A DNA stretch of 64,000 nt from Octopus vulgaris (lineage: Eukaryota), in contig OX597815.1 of NCBI GenBank assembly GCA_951406725.2, forward strand, positions 41,912,001 to 41,976,000, read 5' to 3'. The translations under genes and the position numbers were made by a program. This document shows positions 52,359 through 64,000 of the stretch, piece after piece. Position 1 is the first letter of the stretch, and each line of letters opens with the position of its first letter. Below the pieces are notes generated by a model. That model had not been told where the DNA came from, searched no databases, and saw only the letters and a program-made list of their open reading frames with translations.

Positions 52359-52591
52359 ATATAATATGTGACAATTATTTGGTAGCCATGATAAAACTCC
52401 GAGTTTTGGATGCCGAGGTGGAAATCCACGCCGTCATCTCTTCTGTTATCCGGCCATTGGAAAAATGCTATAAATGATATAGCATTTTTCCAATGGCCGG
52501 ATAACTGAAGAGATGGCAGCGTGGATTTCCTTCTCGGCATCTGAAACTCGGAGTTTTATCATGTCCACCGAATAATTGTCACATATTATAT
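52359..52591. repeat. Near-perfect palindrome of about 233 bp (fold-back/MITE)
   Basis: Arms of about 113 bp, 5-nt loop AATGA at 52473-52477, about 10 mismatches by hand alignment. Confidence 0.95.
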
Positions 52592-55500
52592 TTACATAAT
52601 ATCGAGGTCTCTTTCATTCTTTTGCTGTCTTACTATTTTTATCATATATATATATATATATATATATAGATGTCTAAAAATCCATATGTAAGAAAAATTA
52701 TGCACATGTACTTTTGTCAACAGAGTGGGTATATTAATCAAAGTACACAGTATTATATATATCCATTATGGCTGATCTTACCAATTAGTTTCAGGTTAGG
52801 GGTTCAACAGTGTTAGACAACAGCCCATGTAACCCTGTGCTCTTCAGAGATGGAAGTTATGGAATGAAATATGTATTTGTATGTATACATATAAAGATAT
52901 GTACATAAATGTATCAACATGAAAAGTGGGCACAAAATGATGACGATGATATATGTATATTTGATTTTCTGAGATGAAGAATTATCATTATTATATGCAA
53001 ATATATTCAAACTAGAGTCCTTATTTTGGTGGTTATAGTCAACAGCTTGGCTGTTGTACTCTTTGGCCTTCTTCAGGTGCCTGTTGTATTTGGTAACATT
53101 CTCAGAATTTCTAACCAGCATTTTTTTTTAAAGATCTATGAAGGTAGATTATTCTCATATTGCTCATTCCAGAGATTGTCCCTTATTAGCTATATCCTTA
53201 CATGTGATGTCACAAGCCCATTCCACTCAGAACAGAGTATGTGTCAGATTATTCTTAGAATTGAACTCACCTCTCCTACTAAATAAAGTATTGCACATAA
53301 CCTTTAACCAACACCTATATTCACGGTTCCATAGTACTGCAGGATAATTAAATAATGAAAATTAGAAGCATTACACCTAACTTTTTTATTTCTATGTTTA
53401 AATAAAATAAATAAGGTTAAAACAACATTTATAAGAATGGGAAAGATCCTCACTCCCAAAGATGCAACACTGCATCTAAAATTGATACTTATAAACTTTG
53501 TCATTTACAAGGAGAAACTGGAGAATGTACACAGCTATGGAGAAAAAAAATAGAAGCCTTTGAGATGTGAATTGTTTGTGGAAAAACAGGACAAATGTTG
53601 TAGTACTAGAAAAGCTGGAAGTTCAAACAGATATAATGTCAAGAATCAAGTCCACAAAGCTATCATATTTTGACAAAGAATGTGTTGTTTCTTATCTATT
53701 GCCTTGACTTTGTTCCACAAGGATTAGTGACTTCTTTCTGTCCACAAATGATCAGCAATATTAAATTTTCTATCTTTCTGCAGATGATGGCATTGTGATG
53801 TGCCTTGAGCCTTGCCTTTAGTGGGTGTTTACCTTAATTCAATGCTATCATATGTGGGCCTTTAATTAAAAAAGAACACAAAACCTATGACTATAAAAAA
53901 AAGTAAGGGTTGACACCTCTGATTTCCATTAACTAATTGTCCTTCAGGACAAAAGGATACTGAATATGAGCATTGGTTAAGGGTTAATTGAAGTACTTTA
54001 CCAAGTAGATGTGGGTTCTGTTCCTTGATAGTCAAGCAACACAAATACTTTGGTTCAAGTGAAATGAGCCAGCACAAGTAAGAGAATAACTAAGTGGCAT
54101 GACTGACAGAATGAGATCAAATACCCCATACATTTAATAAAAGATTCGATTTGCAATCTTGAGAACATTACCAAAAATTACAGACATCTGAATAAGGCTG
54201 GAAGGTACAATGGTTGAACTATTGAGACTAACAATCAACATAGAACACTAGTCGGGAATATATCAGTGAATTTTATACACTTATATAAAGTGTCATTAAA
54301 ATTGAAAGACAAAACAAATGCAATAACCTCCAAGAATAATTGAGGGCTTTCTGCAAGATGGTTGACATCATACTTTACGTTGAATAAAAGCTTATATATA
54401 TATATATAATAATAATAATAATAACAATGAACTTTTTGTACACAGTGCTCAGGTGCACTACAACTCATCAGAAAAAGTAACCAAAACTGCATGAACAGTA
54501 CATAGAATATGCACAGAAAGTGAATAAATCTTTAAAAAAAGCATAAAAAACTGGTGTGTGTGTATGAGTGATACAGGTGCTCACACACGAAAATTTATCG
54601 TTTGATAAATGATGAAAAGGAATTAACTACTCGGTGTTGTATGTGTGATTATGAAATGTGTTTGGCTATGAAATTAAATTTGTAATGAATTATGATATTC
54701 ATGTTGTATTCAAGATAATGTGATTGAATGGAAGTTGGGTCACAGACATAGTTTGATGAGAGTTTACTTTACAGATGGTGCTTACACTATACAAATCTAT
54801 CATTATAGCTTGGGTTGATATGTGTATATGTATATATACGTGTGTGTGTGTGTCTTCTCTATGCACAGTCATGGACAAATGATTAAGATGTTTGCTTTAT
54901 AATCATGCGTTCCTGAGTACAATCCATCTGCATTGTACATTATATAAGTGTCTGCGGAATGCCCAGCCAATTGCATTATAGTTCAATGAGAAGATAGCTG
55001 CATTGATCAAACAGCAGAAATACTCATCATAAAAACTCATACAAGATCCTCTGAAACAGCTTATCCAATGATTGCATTGGACAAAATGGTAAGAAATAAG
55101 TAATGAAGATATGTCATTTTAAATCATAACACATTAATAAATACATATAGTTAGTCACAGCTATTAAGTACTCTCTATCTGGTTTAATACCTGAATAATC
55201 CATATATATATTTATTATTAATGAACAAACATAGGACATATACGAACATTAGTAATACATATTAATCATTTCTATAATGAAATGAATAAGATAGACACAA
55301 AATACCTGCACCAATTGATTAAATTATGCTTAACAAAGTTTATATTAACCAGAATAGTTCAACATTATACCGGTTAATAAACTTTTCAACAACTTGCTTG
55401 ACCAAACATGCATAACAAAAAACTGGAACCTAATCACACACCCACTCACACTAATAAGCAACATGCATATGCTCAAGAGTGCTAGTAAGCATCTATTGAG

Positions 55501-58500
55501 CCACACCTGTGGATCATTATCAATTCATTATTCAGTAACATAATGTACTTAACAATATCTTTTAATTCAGCTTCAGATGTCATCAAGTGTAATATGCTTG
55601 AAATTCATGTTTATATTAACCAGATATACTGAAACATGAAGTAGATGCTGGTGTAACTTCCAGGTATTTGTGAACTGAATTTAATTTGTAGACTTTAAAA
55701 GTGACTTGTATTTTCATTGCTATCAGTGCTGGAAGAACATCTCTATAAGATCTCAAATTTCTAGAAAAAAAAGAAATCGTCTTTACTAAAAATTCAATGG
55801 CTGTGCAGTTAAGAAATTTGCTTTGCAAACACACAGCCTCAAGTTCAGTTTGATTGCACAACACTTTAGGTAAGAGCCTTCTATTTTACCCTCAGGCTGC
55901 CCAACAGTGTAGGAAGCCTGCTTGTGAGTAGAATGCCTACATACATGTATGTGCAAGAGAGAGCATAAACATGCACATATGTTGATATTCCACACCTATC
56001 ACCAATGGAGCAAGCCAATGATGATGTTGCCATTCCTTGTCGACAATATGACCAATTGTTCTGAGTTTTTTAAAACTTCTGGAAGAAAAAAAACCCTTAC
56101 TTTGAAAATCAGGTAAGAGTTGGTGACAGGAAGACATATCTGACTATAAAATCCTGCTTCAAATAACACCTCATCTAATGCACACTACTATGAAAAAATT
56201 GCTGTCAAACAACCAAACAAATTATTTCCACGCACAACAATATAAGGATATGGAAAAAAGCAATTCAGATTATCTAAATATTTTGAAAAATTATCAATAA
56301 AACATGAGTTTATTAATGACAATGTTACTGTTTTGTTTTCTCAAGTGATTAACTGATTTAAACTTTATTGGTTCTGAATAAATATATCACAATATGAGTG
56401 AAAAAATTTATATAGATATTTTTTTTTAAAATGATGATAGAAAAAAAAAGAAATACAAAGATTTACAATATTAGTGTGGCAGTATCAAACTTCAGTGTAT
56501 TATTCAGTTTTAATTCTGCAACAATATTTCTCTTGTATTTTTGATCTACCCTACACAATTATATATGTAGCTGGACACATCTTCATAGGAGACTAGAAAT
56601 GAATGATACTACTTGTATGATGTCAGGATAAAAAGACAAACACATGCATTCAGGTACACACACTCATTAAATGTATATGTATATATATTTATATATAGTC
56701 AACAGATGAGATTGAGAGATTCTCTCAATATAGAAAACAGTAGTGCTCAAATAATTTGAATTTACACTCCAACATCTTTATAAGGGACCAAGTCCACAGG
56801 GAAAAGAGTGGCTATAAGAGGAAGCCAGGTGAACAGATATGGTAACAATTACGTGAACAAACAAATAGAACCACTTGGGCTTGATATAATACATACATAC
56901 AGACACCCACCCACATGAGCACATAGGTGCAAAACAAGGTGAAAAAATTGTACTCAAATACCAAATGTAGAATAAAATAATATTTTATTAAAACTGAGAA
57001 GTTTTCACAAACTGTCAGAGTTCAGTTAACTGAAACTTTGGATAAGTTTGTGATGTTCTTTAGCATCAAGGGCATAATATATATATATATATATAATGTT
57101 ATGTTAAGAAGTGGTGCATGGGACCAAAATTTTTGACTTGAATCAAATATAACAAACTACTCAAAATTGTTGTTAGAGTATGCACATAAGTGGAGTCTGG
57201 ACCAGGTAGTTTAGATTGGCATCAAGTTATATAAGTTGCAAAAATGATGTTTCAGATCTGAGTAATACATAATAGGAAGTGCATCCTTTATGTAAGACCT
57301 TTCATAAACTGCTTCATATTTTGAAATGTTTTAACTGAGAAAAGTCTTACATAATGGGTGCATTTCCCATTAAATATTATACAAACCAGAAACATACCTA
57401 TTAAATGATTTCAAAATATCACTATTTGATTTGATTTCATATATATATAAATATATATTTAATGGGCTTCTTTCAGTTTTCATCCACCAAATCCATTCAC
57501 AAAGCTTTGGTTGGCTGAGGATATAGTAGAAAACACTTGTCCAAGGTGCAACACAGTGGGATGGAACTTGGAACCAAGTAGTTGTGAAGCAAACTACTTG
57601 AGTCAGTCAAGCCTGCACATGACTTTAGTTTGATAACTTAGTCCAACCTTTGTGGTGACAGGTAATAGAAATAACATTCAGAAATCACAACCATGCCAAA
57701 AATATATTGGACACAAATAACAACAGAGTTGGCTAATTTTTCTCTGCTGTTGTGTGTGCCAAGTAACAAAGAAGTGTGATGGGGAGTGAGGTACCGTGAG
57801 ACCCACCCAAACATTAGCAGCACAGAAAAATAGCTATAACAATTACAATGATGAATACAGTTAAAGTATTAATCCTAGCTAATTGGACAGCACTTAACTA
57901 ATTAGATGTTGCACACAATGTAAATTGATAATCACAATATAATTAAAATAGAGACAATATCTAATTAGTTCTGACTATGCTTACACAAAAAAAAAAATGA
58001 TGTCAGAAAAAAACAAAAAAAAATGAATAAGCTGATGTACAATAGTTATTCAATAGCATATCTGTTGCTGATTTGAACTTCATACAAATTATCCAAATAT
58101 TTCAATAGACCTTAAAGAAAAGACTTTATTAAGGATCTTAAAAAAAACAACAAAATTTAAATTTAGTCTCTCTTCGACTTTATTATTATTTTAAAGTATT
58201 GATAATTTTTTTTTACTATTAATGGTTAATATCTATTGTATTTAATGGTGTAATTCTGATTTCAAATTTTGACACATGGCCAGCAATTTCGGGTAAGGCG
58301 ATAAGTTGATTACATTAACGCCAGTGTTCAACCAGTACTTATTTCATCAACTCTGAAAGGTAATGTTGTCCTCAGAATGCAAGGATGGTCAAAATGCTAC
58401 TAAGTATTTTGTCCTGGCCCAGTAATGATTCTGTCATCTTGCTGCCTTTTTGAATGGTGTATTTGAAGTGTCAAACGAACTCTTTGTATTCTGGTTTTGA

Positions 58501-59939
58501 TTCCTGGTCATAGTCATCTCAGTATCATCACTAATCTGCCCCTGTCCCCTAATCTGAATCTATAATGAAAAAATAACAAATTCTACAAAATATCACTCAA
58601 TAACTAGAACACATTTAACAAAATTCAAAAAGACTAAGAAAATTTTGGAACAGGTATATAATAAATGCAATGCCTTATATTAAACTATTATGTTCTCAAG
58701 TAACACTACAAAATTCTTACTTGCTTTGATGATAGCAAGAATAATATTATCTCAAAGTCTATTTTTTAATATAAGTACATCAGAATCTTTGGTTCCAAAA
58801 CTTTTCTGAATTTCTGAACCCAGGATGGTCACCTTGGTCAACACACTCTAAATTAAACATATATCAAATTTGCTTAAATAATTAAATGAAATACAGATAT
58901 CTATACTTTGGTATGAATGATACAAATTTATTAGTATTGTTTTGTGCAAGATTAAAGTTGTAGTGGAGAAAAAGTCAGTGAAAGGTACCAATGAAATAGT
59001 CTAGTGGTTGCAGTTCTGGACCATTAGTGTCCAGAAAGTCAGTGTTGTACCTGTATACAAAAGGACTAGTAAAGAGTGTACTGGGCAAAGCTAAATATAT
59101 TACACTATTTTAGATTTATCTTCTAAGTTCAGGTTTGTTTTAAATTTGACCTTCTCATTATATGCCTATTAGTAAACATTTATTGACCAAAAAGGAAATT
59201 TACATTTAAACTTGATTTTTAACTATATAAATCCACAAATACAATGAAGTTACTAATATACTGGCTGTTAGATGATATGTTTGAATGAGAGACGAAGTCC
59301 CAGGTTAAGATTCAAAACCATAGTAATCATTTATATTTCATATTTCTGACATGAAGGATTATTAAGAAAGTTAACTGACTGGAATTTTAAAATTCATTTT
59401 CTGCATTGCATTTCTTTTTACACATTTAAGTCAATATTATGACTGGTAAAACATTTTGGTCAAGTGTCTTAAATTCCCATCTTTGCTGACAAATCGGTAG
59501 AGGTCAGGTAGTTTTTCATATGTTCTTTCTTTCAAATTCCAATACCATGAAACAACGCACATCATGAAAAGAATATGCATAAACAATAGCATATAAGAAG
59601 TTAAAAGTTTGATTATTAATTACTAGTTTACTATAATTAATAATGTAATGATTATCATAAAAAAATATCTGATTCTATATACAATCACACATAAACATTC
59701 TTGCTTGGAACAGTGAATCTTGAAGCACAGAAAGCTATAAATAAGGTGTTGAAAAACCTTTTGGATAAAAAAGTCAAAGCTGCTTTCAACTTTTTCTCTC
59801 CAAAAGAGTTGTTCAACCCAATATTTACATGGTGTTATCTATAGCTGTATGTGCTTTAGAACCACTGTTCCAAAAAGAATTATTGAACGTTCTCTCGAAA
59901 GTTTATAAATTCTTATATCATCAACTATACACACATACA

Positions 59940-60310
59940 TACAAAGTGTTTGGGCTAAATCTGATGATGTCTCCATTTTTCAGGAACAGCTTGATGTATT
60001 GGTGAACAATGGCATTGAAGAACAAAGATTTAAGTTGTAGTTGAGAAAAAGTTAGCTGACATGGAGGACTGGAAGCCATCTGAATATTGGAAAAGAGTTA
60101 CTTGTATCAAGATGATTCATACTGGGTATCAAAATGCTGACATCATAACTGTTGCTCAATGTTCTGTGAACACTGTAAAGGCTGTAAGACATGACATGCA
60201 CAGCTTCAGTGAAGACGAAAAAGCCGTGGCCAACAGAAAAGGACACAGTAGACATTCTGTGTCCATATGCCAGAATTTATCCGACTGCATGACAAGGTAA
60301 TGGAAGATCT
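59940..60310 (+). mobile_element. Possible Tc1-like transposase N-terminal relic
   Basis: MEDWKPSEYWKRVTCIKMIHTGYQNADIITVAQCSVNTVKAVR looks like a paired-type HTH of Tc1 elements. Confidence 0.5.
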
Positions 60311-60464
60311 GAGCAAAGGAAGCTGGCTCTGAATGACGGCCTTGCTGCCACTCATACTAGAGGCACAAGGGACAAATTCTGACAGCCAAGGCCAAGGAGA
60401 ACCACCTGAACAAGATGAGGTGCCCTGTTGTGCTGGGATTGATCTGAGTCTTTTTAGATGAAAA

Positions 60465-60730
60465 GTTAGCATACCCCATGAGAAAGTTGAGAATATTCTG
60501 CATAGTAAACTTGGCATGATGAAAGTTTCTGCTCAGTGGGTACCATATCTTCTGACATGTGATCAAAAGCACACTGAGCTAATCACATCAAGGGAAAATT
60601 TGACATTGTTTGAAGTAAACCCAACTGGTTTCCTTAAATGTTTCCTTACCCAGGATGAGTATTGTGTCCATCACTTTGAATTAGAGACAGAGAGATATTT
60701 CATGCAATAGAAACACCCCTCCTCACCTGC
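60465..60730 (+). mobile_element. Mariner transposase internal fragment
   Basis: ILHSKLGMMKVSAQWVPYLLT...FLTQDEYCVHHFELETE: WVP..L linker and first catalytic TxDE motif. Confidence 0.88.
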
Positions 60731-61737
60731 TTGTATTTATTATGCAAGTAGGTATCCACAGTATTTAATTTTCAACACCCTTCTATTTATCATAGTTATC
60801 CAGGCCAACCTTAGGATTATGAGGTTCCAAAGAAAACCTATCAAAAACAAAAGTCTTTGTTCAAAGAAAGAAGCTAGGACTCTACTTCCCTCAGCGGGAT
60901 AGCCATGCAAAAAACCCAGTAGATATGAACTTTGTGCTGTGTAGCAAATGTGAACTGTAGATGCACTCAAGATGTAGTTTGATCAAAGGAAAAATTGACA
61001 GAAGGGAAATTACTTGGAATGTTACAGATGCACAAGAGTAGTTAGCAGTAAGAATAACTAGAAATAAAATTCTTTGAAAAATTCATGAAGCTTCATAGAG
61101 ATAACTGATAACTTCTGTTACATAGGTGACATGCATGACAGCCAGAATAAAAATGAAGTGGAAAAAATTCAGGAAGCAATTACCTCAGCTGACAAAGAGG
61201 TTTTGTAGTGATTGCAAAGAAAAACAGCTATAAATGAATTGCTTGTGAGAGTCATTACTGTTAACAAGATTAGAATTAACAATCAGTAATTTAGCGAGTT
61301 TGATGCTTATATACAAAGGGCAATGGTGTATGGTAGCAAAACAGAAGCCCTAAATGTGGAGGATATGCTAATAGTGGAAAAAAAAAATAGAGCATGTTTC
61401 ACCAGATCTATAATGTTAGTGCACATGAATGACAGCACAAATGAACTGTGGAAAAAAAATGGTTATGAGAGGAACCCTGATGACAGCATGCAAGAAAGAT
61501 GACTACACTAGTACAGAGGTGATGTGCATGAGGGATAAAGTGGTGATCAGCAATCCACAATATGAAGAAGAAAAAAAAAATCAAAAAAACTGAGGAACGC
61601 AGAAAGAGTGATGAAAGTTAATCCAATAAAAAGGATGACAAAGAATCACAATAAATTATAAGATCCTGTGTTAGAGAAGATTTGTCCAACCAATGTATGC
61701 ATGAAATAGCAAACATAAATTGATGATAATTCCAAGC

Positions 61738-62890
61738 ATTGGCTTGGCTAAAAAGTTTGTTTGCTTTTTTCCTTGATGCATGTGTACTCATTAGGTACCT
61801 GACACACAAACGTAGCTTGATATGAATTTGTGACAAGACAGGTTGTACACTGTGTGCTTAAGATCACCCTGAAAATGGGGGACCAAAACGAACTTTATCA
61901 ACACAGGCTTTTTTTTATTTTGGAAACCTGCAGGAAGATACCTGCTGTGTACAGAGAGGATGCTGTTATGGAATGTGTGTCAGAAGTGGTTTTTAAGATT
62001 TTGATCAGGAAATTTTTTTGTTCAAGATGTACCTTGCTCTGGCCAGCCAACTGAAATTAACAGCAACAAAGTGAAGGAGTTAGTTAAAACTAACCCCATT
62101 ATATGATCAGGATGATCACAGACATTCTCCAAATATCCAAACTGAGTGTTGAAAACCATCTGCATCAACTTGGTTACATCAGCATGGCTCAATGTTTGGG
62201 TCCCACATCAATTGAGTGAGGAGAACATGGCCCAACAAATGTCAATCTGTGATACATTGCAAATGCATGAAGGAAACAATCCTTTTTTTAAAGAGAATGG
62301 TAACAGAGAACAAAAAAATGGATTGTCTATAACAATGTAAAGCACAAACAATCATGGGGGAAGCATGGCAAACTACCAAAAACAGCCTACAAAGCAAGAC
62401 TTCCTCCGAAGAAGGTTATGCTTTCAATTTGATGGGATTGGAAATGTACCATCTTTTATGAGCTTCTTCCCATGAACAGGATTATCAGTTTGGATGTGTA
62501 CTGTGACCAGCTGGACAAATTAAATGCAGCAATCGACACTTCTTTGCAGTCACAGCAAAAGTTACTGGGGCTTGGATGGAAAGTTTTGTCTACCTTCCAT
62601 ATTCACCTGACCAAGTACCTTCAGATTTTCACCTGTTTCAGTCTCTTCAAAATTCATTGAATGGACAGACCTTCAACTGAAGAGAATATAAAAATTAATT
62701 TGGAAAAGTTTTTCACCAGTAAAGACAGGAAATTCTTTGATCAAGGAATAATGGATCTACCCACAAGACTGCAAAAGGTACTGAAACAAAATGGCAATTA
62801 CATCTTTTATTGAATTAATTGCTTGATGTTTAAAACTTGTCTTATTTTCCTTTAAAAAAGTGAAACATTTTTTTGACCAACTCAGTATAT
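61738..62890 (+). mobile_element. Nearly full-length decayed mariner element
   Basis: QKWF.RF.SG, WVPHQLSE, KWIVYNNV, PKKVMLSI*WDWK..YELLP, YCDQLDKL, LGWKVL; frameshifts and an internal deletion; diverged TIRs. Confidence 0.9.
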
Positions 62891-63655
62891 TACTAAATAT
62901 AAATAACTTCAGTAAGAGTAAATTGCAACTTTTGTCAATATTTAAATGCAGTTTCTTTTTTTAGGTCATATTGAAAGTATTGTTTAAATGGTATGAGATA
63001 TGGGTATTAAATGTGTAAGATTTATAGAGGCTGAATCTGGTATGATTTGTTAGATGTCTAATGTTAACTTGCATGGAAGTTAGAGTACAACTGAGCTAAG
63101 CGAGTGGCTGGGCATAAAAAGCATCAGCCAATGTATGCAGGAAAGGTGGCTGTATTGGTTATGGATACATGATGAACAGTGAGTGTTGGGTGAAAAAAAG
63201 GGTTGTGTTAATAATAGAAAATGAATTGGTGGCAAAAGATATGGAAACAAATGGCACGAGCTGATTTGACAATGATGGGTTTCACAGACAAGTTGATCAT
63301 AAGTGGCAATATACCATATAATAGCACCTCCAAACCATGTCAACATAGAAAGAAAAAACATGTTTAAGAAAAATGATAACGATGATACTGAGTGAATATA
63401 TAATTACATTATACATACAGAGGCTAAAGTAAACTTAATGAGGCATATCAAGCAATGTATAATTGTTATATAAAGATTAAAAGAACAAAAACTTGGGCAC
63501 ATGAACCAGCATATATGTAAATATTTTACTCTTTAGTAGAAAGATTGCCATTAAGTAGGACAAAAAACTGCAAACATTTGCTTTAAATGTTTACTGTGGC
63601 TGTATATTTGAAACCAGACAGGCTACAATAAATATAGCTGAGCAAATCTATCTCA

Positions 63656-63709
<54 letters not shown>

Positions 63710-63729
63710 CATATATATATATATACATA

Positions 63730-63895
63730 TGGAGGTGCAATGGCCTAGTGGTTAGGGCAGCGGACTTGCGGTCGGAGGATCGCGGTTTCGATTCCCAGAC
63801 CGGGCGTTGTGTGTGTTTATTGAGCGAAAACACCTAAAAGCTCCACGAGGCTCCGGCAGGAGGTGGTGATCCCTGCTGTACTCTTTCACCACTCT
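63730..63895 (+). mobile_element. SINE family D with a clear tRNA-derived head; close copy 12240-12452(-); related heads about 17600-17910(-), 18960-19190(-), 25745-26060, 30020-30260(-), and 12800-14440(-) split by the LINE
   Basis: A box TGGCCTAGTGG and B box GGTTTCGATTCC followed by a non-tRNA body. Confidence 0.85.
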
Positions 63896-64000
63896 AAAGG
63901 CGGTGCTCCAGCATGGCCGCAGTCAAATGACTGAAACAAGTACAAAAAAAAAAAAAAAAATACATACACATACAAGGAATATTGAAAATAAAGTGAAATA

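Noticed and set aside
58759-58800. TGA followed by TGT (possible selenocysteine read-through) in the candidate exon
   Set aside because: No recognisable selenoprotein motif or SECIS, and the exon itself is unproven.
63730-63805. tRNA-like sequence with A and B boxes
   Set aside because: Runs straight into a repeat body also present at 12240-12452; it is a SINE head, and I could not form a proper acceptor stem.

Overview
AT-rich, microsatellite- and SINE-dense animal genomic DNA, not prokaryotic. The SINE and MITE repertoire looks like that of an octopus (inference). One complete protein-coding gene can be assembled by hand: a 12-exon minus-strand ZCCHC4 orthologue (28S rRNA m6A methyltransferase), CDS 46969->27596, 1413 nt / 470 aa, with all introns GT-AG and all phases consistent. 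The rest is mostly transposon material: at least four SINE families (often nested), one uninterrupted 5'-truncated CR1/L2-type RT, decayed RTE, R4-like and Jockey/CR1-like LINE pieces, mariner/Tc1 and hAT relics, and several MITEs. Almost all entries in the ORF track are microsatellite or repeat artefacts. I found no convincing new multi-gene system. The best leads are (i) many long fold-back palindromes and inverted SINE pairs, including a set around the catalytic ZCCHC4 exon, which has a weak donor; (ii) an inverted duplication that copies a mariner end together with its host flank; (iii) a 3' stem-loop shared between a LINE and a short element 41 kb away; (iv) tentative spliced non-coding transcripts on either side of ZCCHC4. 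Exon coordinates were counted by hand; repeat boundaries are approximate.
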